Shown here: piece after piece, positions 12,751-25,445 of the stretch | Position numbering within the stretch: position 1 is the first letter of the stretch | Layout: each line of letters starts with the position of its first letter | Assembly (NCBI GenBank): GCA_951406725.2 | Contig: OX597818.1 | Coordinates: 76,756,001 to 76,820,000, forward strand | From: Octopus vulgaris | Taxonomy: Eukaryota | Length of the DNA stretch: 64,000 bases | Reading direction: 5' to 3' | Program-made: the position numbers and the translations under genes | The notes under the pieces: generated by a model | Told to the model about the DNA's origin: nothing | What the model saw: the letters and a program-made list of their open reading frames with translations, nothing else | Database searches by the model: none

Positions 12751-13738
12751 TGATATGTATGTATGTATATATGTATACACACAATAAGCACATAAATGCA
12801 AAACAAGGTGGAAAAAATAATACTCGGATACCAAAAGTAGAGTAATATGCTTTTTATTAAAGCTACAAAAACATCACAAAACTGTTACTCAGATTTTCAT
12901 GTTTCCATTCGTGAGCAAGACTGGAATGCTTATTCTTCAAATTTATATTAAATCATATATTACATGGATTATATTAAATCATATATTACATGTACCATCA
13001 CAATTTTATTCCAGTCTTGATCACAACTGTCTTACAGACGGACACCTGAAACTCAGTAACAGTTTATATGTGCTTGTATGTATGTATATAGATATGTGTG
13101 TATGTATGTTTGCATGTATATAGATATATATGTATATGCGTTTGTATATGTATATAAATGTATATATGTATGTGTCTATATGTATGTATATAGATATATG
13201 TGTGTGTATGTATATGCACATATATATGTATTTATATCTACTTACGATAATGTATAGTGTGTGTGTGTGTGTGTATATAGAGAGAGAGAAAGAAAGAGGG
13301 TATCAGACTAACTATTAACTATTTTAATGAAAAGGAAGAAATTAGAAATGATACAGATGTTTGTCCCAAATTTATGATTGGTTGAATAACAACATTACAA
13401 ACTCTCTATCAACAGTCAACTTCAGTTTTATTCAGCAGAGGTGGCAACAGTTGGGGCTTGTTTTTGACAACTTCCAAATAGCGTCTCACAACTACCTCAG
13501 CTTTGACTGAAATAGCAACTAGCAACATTTCGCTGGGGAAGGGCCATTTAGATCATATATCAAAACCAAACAGCTGCCCAAACAGGAAAATCATTATTAA
13601 AATGAAATGCTGGCATTGTGATATTTAATTTAACATTCCATTAAATATAAAACATTGAGAACTACTTCTGTACTAGATTTGTATTTGTTTATTGTGTTGT
13701 TTTACAATAATAATAACTGGCTTACTGATAAGAAAATG

Positions 13739-15332
13739 TAAGAAAGGTACTATCACCAGTTAAACTATCATATGTAGATACACTGAAAACTAATAACTAG
13801 TATATCAAGAAGAAAACATAAGGTATCACTGCTAGCTAAACAAGGATTTCTAGATACATTCAAAGCTAAGAAAGGTACTAACAGATAATCAATGGTATCT
13901 TGATACACTCAAAATTAAGAAAGGTACTATCAGCTAAACAGTGATATCTAGGTATTAGGTCATCAAGTTTGAAATTTGTAGAAAAGAAAAAAAGTTTACT
14001 AATGTTTTATAAATACAAGCACTTTTGCCATTTCAGTGGTAGCTTGTCCAGCTACTGTAAAAGCCTGGCAATCTTGAATCAATAAAGTCTTGGAAGGCCT
14101 GCTTTACAGCATCGCCAGAATTAAATTTTTTTTTTCCTATCAAAAAGTTAACCAAATTCTGGAAGAAGTGGTAGTCAGTGGGGGCAAGATCAGGTGAGTA
14201 TGGTGGATGATGGAGAACTTCCAACTCCTACTCCTGTAGTTTCACCAATGTCATTTTTGCGATGTGTGGTCTGGCATTGTCTTGCAATAAAATAGGAGTG
14301 GATCTGTTGACTAATCTAGGCTGTTTTTCGTAGGTTTCTGCATCATTTGGTCCTGTTGGCTGCAGTATACTTCAGCCGTGATTGATGAGCCAGGTTTAAT
14401 GAAATCACCTGACCACCAAACACCCACCATCAGTTTCTTTTGATGAATTATGCTTTTTTGGACTGTGTTTTGGTGACTCGTTTTTGTCTAACCATTGTGC
14501 TGAACGTTTATAGTTGTATTGGATCCATTTCTCATCACATGTTACAATTCGATTCAAAAATGATTCATTTTTGTGACGAGAAAGTTGCATAATGCAGGCT
14601 TCCAAAAATTGCTGTTTCTGATTTTCATTGAGTTCATTTGGAACCCACTTATCCAACTTTTCCACTTTACCGATTTGAACTAGGTGAGTCAATATTGTTT
14701 GCTTGCTAACACCAAATAACAACAACCATTCATGGGCACTGTGAGATGGATCTGATTCGACAGTGGCTTTCAGTTCCTCATTATTTACTTTGTTTTTGAT
14801 CAACCGCATTGCTCATTTGTGAGGTCAAAGTTACCAGAACAAAATTTTGCAAACCAATTTGATATTGTCTGCTGTATAATAACATTAAAATGAAATACTC
14901 CATTAATATTCTGAGCTGCCTGAGATGCTGTTATTTCCAAGAAAAAAAACTCATATTTCAAAACTGTACAAATTTCCGACATCTATCTCTAAACAAAAAT
15001 AGCAAAAAACGATTTAAAAATACTTTATAAAACACAAAATGAGTTAAAATAACGAAATAGATGTGTCAGCTTTCTAACAGAAGATAAGATTGTCAAAATA
15101 TAATAATGGCGCAAAATGAGCAGCTGTCAAAGTTTAACATATACCTTACTACTAATTTCATACTTGACAGCCTTATACATTCAGAACTAAGAAAGATACT
15201 ATCAGCTAAACAGTGGTGTCTGGACACACTCAGAACTAAGAAAGGTACTACCAGCTAAACAATGGTATCTAGATATGCTCAAAAATAAGAAAAGTACTAC
15301 CAGCTAAACAGTAATATCTAGATAAACTCAAA
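13739..15332. repeat. 49-bp minisatellite interrupted by the mariner
   Basis: Unit is about aagaaaggtactaccagctaaacaatggtatctagatacactcaaaact. Units start at 15189, 15238 and 15287 (period 49), with about 4 more copies left of 13953. Confidence 0.9.
13955..15175 (-). mobile_element. Full-length, disrupted mariner (DD34D) transposon
   Basis: Imperfect ~27-bp TIRs (ttaggtcatcaagtttgaaatttgtag / ctactaatttcatacttgacagcctta) with TA on both sides; 1221 bp. The frameshifted transposase contains WVPNEL, IVTCDEKW, DNARPH and HPPYSPDLAPTDYHFF. Confidence 0.95.
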
Positions 15333-15816
15333 TGCAGCTGGTGATTTCTACTTAATTAAGGCTGTTTTGTCATACTGCTACTATATTTATTTAAACCCAA
15401 AGCAAAGACCAGATTAAATCAATATCATCATCATAATCATCACTATCGTCATTATTATTTTACATCTGCTTTACATACTAGCAAAAGGTAAGAAGGTTCA
15501 ACAGGGTTCAACTAGTCAGAAGACCACATCTTCCAATATCTCATTTTTGCATAGTTTCTATGGTTAGATGCCCTTTCTTAGACCAACTGTATGGTATACT
15601 GGGTGCATTTTTTTGTGGTATCAGTAGTACAGAGATTACCTTGCTGTCAATAAGACTAAAGAGCCCTCTTGAGTCTTGCTTCATCACTGTTTAGATTGAT
15701 TACCAAACACTTAGAGTGTACTTGGTGCCTTTTGTGGCATCAGCATTGTTGGGGTTGACTTGTGACTTAAAAGACCTGTCTATATATTTTAAGCTTGTCC
15801 AGTTTTGTCACATTAA

Positions 15817-16048
15817 CCCTTCAACATTTAAACCTGTTATATCTAGCCCATATATTCAACCTGTTTTGCATTCAAACCAGCCAGATCCAATCTCTCATAC
15901 CTACCCTTCAATATCAGTTTAAAAATTGTCAATTATATCATCAAAATCTCAAAGCTATATATATCTCAAAGTGTATATATATGGTTGTTTCTAGACGGTG
16001 TGAATAAACAAGTATTATATTTGACAGAGTAATCTGGATGCTAAAGGG
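15817..16048. mobile_element. piggyBac-like MITE
   Basis: Ends read ttaa|cccttcaacatt and gatgctaaaggg|ttga. A second copy at about 17991-18186 ends aatgctaaaggg|ttaa. Confidence 0.6.
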
Positions 16049-16390
16049 TTGAACTTTATAATACATTAAAAGATTCCTTTATTATATAATTAACTTTCTG
16101 TACTTAATGTTTCAGCTGACATGATAATTAACCAAAATTTTAATTTGTTAGGTTTCAAATTGTGAATTTTAAATCTTTCAAAATTTACATTATTTACTTA
16201 ACCATATTCAGCTCTTTGAAGAAAGAGAAAATAAAGCCTCTTGATATATTGCTAGTTGTTTTTTGTTGTTTGATGAAGAAAGGTCAGCTTTGATACAACA
16301 CCATTGATGCAATAGATCTCTTGCCCTTCGTCCCTACTTGCTGCATCTTCTCAAAAACTGCTGGCCCTGTGCCTAAATTAGGAACTGTAT

Positions 16391-16425
16391 TTCTGTGAAG
16401 AAGGATTTTGTCTGAAACATTAGAA
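16391..16425 (+). ncRNA. Degenerate minimal hammerhead motif
   Basis: ttct-gTGAAGA-a-gga-ttttg-tct-GAAA-ca-TT-agaa, with stem I ttct/agaa. Confidence 0.4.
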
Positions 16426-19359
16426 TTTCCATCTCTCTCCTGTTTCATACAAATTTATTCATTTTTACTGAGTTTTGCCTACAAAGTCTTCTTTAGTTTC
16501 ATTGGGCTCTGCTTGATATTTAGTAGGAATCTGTTTTTGTAAAAAAAGTTAGAGAAATGTCAACTGACTTTAAACACTGAGTACATTACCTTGTGTTGTT
16601 TAATCCCAGATCATAATAAGGTTTAATTTGAGGGCAATTTGGCTGCTGTTTTTAGAGGTTTCTTGTCAGCTCAACTTTACCATATTTTCTGTCAGTAAAA
16701 TCTTTCTGCTCGCCAAACATTGATCATTTCTTGATATTATGTTGATAATTTATTGAAGTTGATTTGTTTTCACCTCTATGAAGAGGCCATAGAGTTGTCT
16801 TCAAAAATACTTTATTCCTTATAAATTGAGTGTTATTGATCATATGACAGGTATCTTTTGATACCATGGGTAATATCAGGAAATATGGTGTACTTGCAAT
16901 AATAATAATTTTATAAAATTTATTGGTGCATATACTAATTGATGAAATTAAATAAAAGAAATTTCCTATTTGTATAATTCTTCCCATAACTAAAATGTTG
17001 TTTGCTCCCTCTTCTCCTCCATCTGTGATTTTCTTTCACTGTGTGTATGTGTGTGTGTGCGTGCCAGCATAGAAGACAGACTTTACTCATTGCCTGCCAC
17101 TAAGCCTTGTATGTCCACTAATTTTGCCCCTCTATATTAACTCTCCCCTTTCTTCCTCCAATTTATAGCATTTCTGGAGGAACCAACTAACCAATCAGCT
17201 ATTATTGAATAGAGATGTTCCTTGTTATTTAAAATTCTGAACTTTACAATGATCCCACTAATATAATATTAAAAGTTTTTTTGTTTTTTTTTGCTTCCTA
17301 GTCAGCCTGTATAAAAAAATGTACTCAGGAGACAATAAAACCAATAAAAATTATTAATCAGTGGTAAAATACCCAGGTTAAGACCTGCAAGAGATCAAAT
17401 GTATATAAATAAACAAAATTTGTCTTTAAAGATGACATGTATTCAAGCAGATGGCATAAAGATATATCTATAAAGATGATATTTTTCTAAATGCAGGAAC
17501 AAGACAAAATAATTTGTCCTTATCCTCCTACACAGTCAAATAACATTTGCATAGGAAATACCCTCAATACTTCAATAATTACTAACATTATCAATAAATG
17601 TCATTCCCTGGTGCCATGTGATGTGTTTTGTATGACCATATTCTGTATAAGTGAGTGGCTGGTGCCAGCAAATAAAGATTAAGTCTATACTTCCACTGAT
17701 AAAGCTGAATAAAACAAACATGTTTGGAATTGTCTCCCTTGATATCTCAGCCTAGACCCCTAATATCTTTCTTCTGATCCATATTTTAATTAAATTTTAG
17801 TCTTGTTTATGCCCTTCCTAACATCAACCACTTTACAGTGTGTTCTAAATGCTTTTTTTTTCTGGGCACCAGCCCCATGAACTACTTGGTGAATCCATAG
17901 TGCTTGTGTTATGAAAAAAATTATCTAGTACACTCTGTAAAGTGTTTGGTATTGAGGACATCCACCCATAGAAACCATCCAAAGCAGGCAATAACTTTTT
18001 CAAGTATCCATCCAAAATATTCTCCCTATTTTGTGTTCAAACTGGCTGGATCTGGCCTCTAACACCTTCCCTACCATGTCATTCTAAAAATAATAACCTC
18101 AAAGCTACAAAGTAGTGCATGATTAATTCAAAACAATTTGAATAAATAAGCATTACACTTGACAGAGTAATCTGAATGCTAAAGGGTTAAGGCTTGACGA
18201 AGTCCTCCGGCTTGTTTGATACTGTCAAACTTTCCAACCCATGCCAGCATAGAAGACAGACTTTAAATGATGATGATGATCTGACATCACCTGGATTCAA
18301 TATCAGATTCTCTTCTTAGCACCAAAGTCAACTGAAAAGTCTTTCAGGTTTCTGAACGCTTTCCACAACTATTGTATTTGATGTGTAAGTGTTAATATCC
18401 TATAAATTGCTTGTTGACTTGTATATAACTTCCACTTGTAATTATCTTAAATCCAATAAATTAATGGCCAAGTTTTCAGATGAACTTTTTTTCTCTCTCT
18501 TTCTGAGAGCTTCTAATAAGTGAATTCAATTTGTTTTTGAATATCATGAGCCAACTTATACTTAACACTCTGTTTTCTTAATTAAAAATCTTTACGCATA
18601 CCAAGTCAGATAGACTCGTTAACTTCACATTAGCCTTGTGTTTTTTTTAACAAAGAGCATTTAATTTTTTTATTCAAATTGTATTAGCTGAGTTTTTTTT
18701 ATTAACACTGAAGTTAATTAGCAATAAGTTAGTAAACACAAGTGTTAGAAACAGCAGTATGTTTAATTCACTTTCTATAATTGTGATGTGGTGAATCAAA
18801 AACAAAAAAAAACTGGATGAAAAGTATAAAGTCTAAGAAAATTTCTATTAGTTTATAGTTCTTTGTTTATTTTTGTAAAGGAGAAGGGGTTTTCTCAGTT
18901 GTCTTTCTGCTAAATTGTTTGCTTTTAATTCAATTGTTTAAACTGTTTATACAATTATATTTTTTGACTTTTTAATTGTTACTCTATTCCCTCTTCCATT
19001 CAGTAGGAATGAAAATATGGGAAAATATCAACACCAGAAAACCTTAAGAAGGTTTTTACTGATGCAAAATGATTGAGTTTTTATCTTTCTTTCCTACTCT
19101 ATCTATCTGTCTATCTATCTATCTATCCTCACACACAGACACGTGTGTGTGTGTATAGGTATGCTCCCTCAACTAGTCCAAAAATAAAAATATATATGTA
19201 TGTATATAAGAAATTGAAATGACAAAGGAATAACTAATTATCTTATGAATTTCATTAGCTTACAGCTGTCCCCTGCAATAAGATGCAATGGACTCATTCT
19301 TGAGTGCCTGAGTATCACCTTATAGCTTGTATGTATATATATACATGGATATGCATGTG

Positions 19360-19390
<31 letters not shown>

Positions 19391-21222
19391 ATGCGCATGC
19401 GTGTGTGTGTGTATATGCATGCATATGCGTGTGTGTTTATATGTGCATGCATATGTTTATGTAGCACTGTGTGTTCGTTTATATATTATGTGCACAAATA
19501 GGCACCTCACTCTCCTCATTTTGATTCCTTCCCCACTACCAATACCAGTTTTCTTTCTTGATACCTGGCCATTTCATTTCTTGGCTATTCTTCCTCCATT
19601 AATATTGTTTTCTACACCCACCAATGTTACATTGGTCATCTCCTCCCCCACTTGACAGCCAAATTATCTCTCTTCATGCACTACACTTGCCTCTCTCTCT
19701 CTCTCCCCTGTCAACTGCATCATCATTACTATCCTCTTGCTACTCTTACTTTGCATTTCTCTCTCTCCCTTCTCCAACTCATGCATCATTGGTCACGTTC
19801 CACTCCCCATATCAATCAATCCTCATATCCATCCTTCAACTCCTTTACAGATGTTGCTTACCTCAACTATCCCACTCACCCCCATTTCTTGCTCCACCCC
19901 TCTACCCTACCATACACTCTTGCAACCTCCACACACATACTTCTAGTTTCTCTGGACAACTCATTGCCACTCTTTATCTCTTTGGAAATATCGTTGATTC
20001 ATTTTCAATCTCTCCTCTAAATACGAGTAGCTATGAAACTCTTTTACAGCAAGAACCTGCTTTGCTCCACCTCCATCTTTCATACCTTAACCCTCAGCTT
20101 GGAAATGAACATGTAGTGTCCTTTTACTCCATAGCCTTCCAGCAAACCGAGTATGCGCAGTCATCTTGCATCTCTTATGCTAACTCTCTATATATACTGT
20201 AAAACACAACTGGATAAATCAATCAGCCAATTAAATAACAAAACCAACCAACATTTATATTGGCTTTTATTATATAGAGATTCAAAGGAAGCATCCATTA
20301 AAGCATTGCTGCAGGTTTCCATTAAAACTTTATCACCTGTTATTACCTATGCCCCATTCTGAAGTAAACCCCACTTCCCCCAAGAAACACAACTCTACTT
20401 TCAGAAAGTGACTAAGGTGGAAGGTCGGCTGTGTGGTAAGGAGTTTGCTTCTCAACCATATGGTTTGGGGTTCAGTCCCACTGCAAGTGTTTTCTATTGT
20501 AGTCTCAGGCCAAACAGAGCCTTGTGTGTGGATTTGTGACACGGAAACTAAAAGAAGCTCATCAAACACATGTATGTGTGTGTGTTTGTATGCATGCATG
20601 TGTCGTATCTACATAGATGTTTGTATATATCTCTGTGTGTTTGTGTTTGTCCCCCACCACTGCTTGCTTTATTTATGGCCATGTAACTTAGCTGTTCAGC
20701 AAAATAGACTGATAGAATAAATATCAAACTTTAAAGAAAAAGAGAGAAGGAGTTTTTTTTATATATATATATATACATACACACACACACACATACACTT
20801 AAGAGAGTATTGTAGTTTGCTGGAAGCATTGTCTATTGTTTGTGAAATGTAATGTGTCTGGAATGGTATAACAATGCAGAGTGGACTATAATAACAGAAA
20901 TAACTTAATCATTCATTGTCTAATATTTCAGAATATAAAAAAATTCCTTCTTCAGAGATTGCTAGGAAGTAATGGAATCACTGTTATAGTTGGTTTTCTT
21001 ATTCTTCTAATGGTTACTGAAATCTATCAGAAGCATTCCTGTAATGGTCTCACAAAGTTCTTTCTGAAATTCCTCATGAGAAGTGTGTGAGGGTAGTCAT
21101 GTCTTGAGCTCATGAGTGTTGGCATATTTGTAGCACTGTTTCCAAGTTATTGTATGTGCATTTCTATATAATCTTTTGTTATATGAGCATGTTACCATTA
21201 TGCATGCAGGGTGTCGATGTTG

Positions 21223-22200
21223 TTAAATAAGATAGTGATTGTTAATACCCAACCTGTTGTTAATTTGGGGCCCTAGTCTGTCTATGAGGATAGCCTCCAT
21301 AATTCTTAAATTTCCTAAATTTTTGTCATTGAACTCAATTATGACTGTTATGTTTTTGTTGGTGTTCTGGTTTCTGTCAAGGTGCTTTCTGAAGGAGGAG
21401 GCTCGTGTGTTTAGATGTTCTTTGATGCAGATGTGTAATGGTCTTCTCGTACTACTCACATAGAAATTATTGCATCTGTTACATTGGATTTGATATGCAA
21501 CATGTACCCATTGGCATAAATCTGTGTCACAGATGTGGTAGTTAGCTAGTGTGCACTAATTGTTGACCCTTGATCATTTCTTTGCTTGGTGTCTTCTCAG
21601 AGAGGGGCCGGAGTGGGCTACTTGTATGTCTAGTCCTTCTGTTCTTATGGCTCTTCAGATGGCTGTAGTTATCCTCTCACTAAAATGGGATATTTTAAGG
21701 AAGCATGTGTTGCAGGGTTTTCTGTGTTTGGTGTGTTTATTATCTCAGGTATTTAAGCTGATTCACAGTGGATATAGGGTACCTGTTGGTTTTCAACACC
21801 TTTAAGAAGCTTGTAGTATGGGTCACCTTGTCCTCTGTCCTGCTGCACTGGCTCTGGATGTATGTAAGTCTATTTCTGGCGTATCCTATTTTGGCACCAA
21901 GTGGAAGGGCTGAATTGTAGTGAACAAACATATCTCTACTGGCTGCTTTCCTGTAGAACTTGGTGTGGATCTCTCCTTTTTCCATTATTTTCAGTTGGAA
22001 GTCAAGCAGCGATAGGGATCCTGTGCTGTCAGGATGTTCTATAGTGAACTGTATATCCATGTCCATGTTGAACATCATGAATATTTTGTCGGCTTCTTCA
22101 CGGGAGGATGTGAAGATGAGGATGTTATCTATGTACCTGGTGAAGAAAGTACATGAGTGGCACATGTTGAGTGCTCAATGTTCCAGATGGTTCATATAGG
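21223..22200 (-). mobile_element. Penelope-like retroelement fragment (RT C-terminal half plus GIY-YIG endonuclease)
   Basis: RYIDNIL...IQFTIEH...LSLLDF...FYRK...YNSALP matches the PLE RT and thumb. It is followed by VAYQIQCNRCNNFYVSSTRRPL..IKEH...IMEAILI...PQIN, a GIY-YIG domain. The copy is frameshifted and 5' truncated. Confidence 0.88.
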
Positions 22201-24281
22201 TGATTTATATATATATAATCTATAATATATCAGCATCATATAACATCTACTCCTACATGCTTTTTCGAATCAAACAGATTTTCTTCAGCTGGATACCCTT
22301 CCTGCCATCAACCCTTACTTGTTTCCAAGCAAGGTAATATCTTCTCATGTTTCCACAGAATATTAAAACCAAACAACAATGTTTGTGTGGTAGTGATGCT
22401 CATTTATAAGTATCATGCGATATCAAGACAAAGAGATGCAAGCATACATGCACTCAAACTCAGACACCTGTTATACATATATGTGATGTGTTTCTTTTAG
22501 TTTCTGTGTACCAAATCCACTCACAAGACTTTGGTTGGCCCAGGATTGTAGTAGAAGACATTCTCTGAAGGTGCTATACAGTGAGACTCAGTCTAGAACG
22601 ATATGGTTGTAAAACAAACTTCTTAACCACACAGCCATGCCTATACTTATATGGCGCAATAATATATTCATCTATTCATCTAACCCATACTGCCATGGAA
22701 AATGGATGTAAAAAAACATATTTAGGTGTATATATGTATGTGGTGGGGGAAGAGAGTTAGAACAAGTGAGAAATAGGTGTTCAGAACTGAAGTGAGCAGC
22801 CTTGAAATATATATCATACAGAAATACACTTTGAACTGTATACAACAATTGGTTTAAAGCAAAATTTTATTAAATTATCTCTTAGCTTATAGTCTTCTTG
22901 CTCTCGAAATGTCAGGAGGTTGAGAGCTGACCATCTCAGAATGGTGGTGACAAGAGAAAATGTCACAAAAATAATTATATCTTAAATATTGAACAAAAAT
23001 AAATGTTAATGATCTGACAATGCGTTTATGTTTGACAAGGATGTGCAGGAAGAAATTTATCTAGCAGCTAAATTTATCTTCTGTCCAAGGTTATAGGAAA
23101 TAGTTTGAAGACACTATGCTTATTTTCATGCTTTAGTACCTGCTTATGATTATTTTGAAACATATTTCAAACACATTGATGCTATATGGATCCAAATAAA
23201 TGTTATAGAAATCTCATTATGAGCTGATGAATAATAATATATACAGTTTTGCATGTGGTCTTTTTGTAGTTTTGGTGGTGTTTTTTTACCCTTTTGTCAA
23301 CCAGGTACAAATAAACAGGCAAATATTGACAAACGTGTTATTAGATATGTGTGTGTACATACATACTTGCATATACGATCAGCATCATTTAACGTACATT
23401 TTCTATGCTGGCATTAGTTGGACAGTTTGACCACAAGTGGCAAACCAGGTTCCAGTCTGATTTAGCATGGTTTCTACAACTAGATGCCCTTCCTAATACC
23501 AACTACTTTCCTGTGTGTTCTGGGTGCGTTTAACATGGTACTGTACAAACGCTTTTACGTAGCACTGGCACAGGACTCTAGCAAGCCAATCCTCTTCACC
23601 AGGGGGAGTGGTTTTAACACTTCTGCTGTGAAGTACAGATACACACATACATGCATGCATATATTTCTACACAAACACACATATAATCAATGATAGCCTT
23701 CTGAAAGACATATTTTGTTATGAAATTTTGTGAAGATACTTAAATCTACTCAGTGATGTAGATTGTGTTTATGTCAATAAAATGTCAATAAATAATGACA
23801 TATTTATTGCAAATATTCAAATGAAAATTTACTAATCAGTTTGTATAATCACTAAGAAATTTAATAAACATAAATTATTATATGTATGCTATATTTCATG
23901 ATATTTCCCATGGTAACAAAAGCATACTTCTAAAGTTCCCCCTCAAATGACAGGTAACACTCTAGTTACACTAATAATTTCTTCACTACTTCGGCTGCTA
24001 TCATGGGTGGTTCTATTCTTGGATTTAATGTGATTTCTATCATTTTTGCCACAAAATCATTTGTAGATAGATTCATTATGACTATAGTGATATCATTTGG
24101 TTCTTCTAAAATCTCCAGGAAATCTTCAGATGACTGTATATTGTATCTCCCTGCTGTGTATCAATTGATAATAATTGTTTAGTGTGCTGGTGATTTAACT
24201 ACTAGAGATGTTGAGAGTCAGAGGTAGTGTGTTTTGGTGTTTTATCAGTGTATTTTTACATCATGAAGGAGCCATTTAATA

Positions 24282-24463
24282 ACACTAAGCTGTTAAATTC
24301 ACTTGAAATTCAAATTTATTTCTTGAGGCATTAGCATTTTATTTGCACAACTGTGACCTGGTCATTGACACAGTTGCAGTGTGGCTATGTCAGTGACCAG
24401 TTCATAGCTGTGTAACCTCGTGAAATAAATTTAAATTTAAAATGAATTTAACAGTTTTTGTGT
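24282..24463. repeat. Palindromic (fold-back) element, probable MITE
   Basis: Outer arms ctgttaaattca...aaatttatttc..gagg / cctc..gaaataaattt...tgaatttaacag; inner arms ctggtcattgaca / tgtcagtgaccag. Confidence 0.8.
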
Positions 24464-25094
24464 TTTTAAATGTTTTTAATTGGATTCTCTGAATCCTTAT
24501 AGGTTTATTTTTGTTGTTGAGTTGTTAATTTTGGCCATATAATATTCTTCTTTATCCACGATAACAAACATATTCCAAATATGTCACTCTTACATGTTTC
24601 TATGTTATTGTTTTTTTTTTGTGTGTTGTTTGTTTTTTAATCTTTCCAAGCTTGTTGAAGTTTGATTTTTGTCAAGTTATCTATTTTTATTACATTCACC
24701 TTGGGATAAGTTTTCAATCTGTGTTTATAATGTTCTTACCTCTCTGTGTTTTTTGACATCTTGGCAGAGAAGTGTGATATCAGTTTCTCCTCAATTTTGG
24801 TCTTATTTCTGTTGTCAGTGGAAGTTGGTACCAAAAGTGAAGAATATGATTTAGCCTGGGATGTGTATATGTTGCTATAGATTGAGAAATATATCTTTCT
24901 GTATGAGTAGGTACATGGCCTCATGGTTAGAATGTTGAGCTCATGATCATAATGTCATGGGTTCAATTCCCAGACCAGGCAGTGTTTTATGTTCATCGCT
25001 CCAGTTTACTCAACTGAAAATTAATACCAGCTGAATATTTCCTCCAAATGTCATAACCTGGAAGTTTTGCTTCCCTTCCCATTTTTCCGGTTAC

Positions 25095-25445
25095 ACATTT
25101 CAGTCATTAGACTGTGACCATGTTACAAGAATTTTTAGTCAAATGAATCAATCCCAATACTTAATTCTGTTAATTCCAATACTTATTCTACCGACCTCTT
25201 TTACTGAATTGCTAAGTTACAGGGACATAGACACACTAACACCAGTTGTCAAGCAATGGATTGGGGGGGGGGGCAGACAAACACACATACTATGGGATTA
25301 TTTCGGTTTCTGTCTACCACATCCACTCACAAGTCTTTGTTCAGCCCAAGGTTTTTATGCAAGACATTCCCCAAGGTGCCATTCAATGGGACTAAACTCA
25401 GAACCGTGTGGTTGGGAAGAAAGCTTCTTACCACACAGCCATCCC
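25095..25445 (-). mobile_element. SINE family A
   Basis: ttcagtcattagactgtgaccatg...ctaagttacagggac...cccaaggtgcc...cttaccacacagcc. Confidence 0.75.

Noticed and set aside
13739-15332. CRISPR-like regular repeats
   Set aside because: The repeats are contiguous without unique spacers, the context is eukaryotic, and no cas genes are present.
19255-19305. Possible - strand hammerhead (acagctgtaag motif)
   Set aside because: Both core boxes are too degraded to call as a feature; it is mentioned only as a possible relic.
19624-20202. Longest ORF in the track (192 aa, rich in L/S/P/H)
   Set aside because: It arises from a pyrimidine-rich low-complexity tract that lacks stops, with no domain or supported splice sites.
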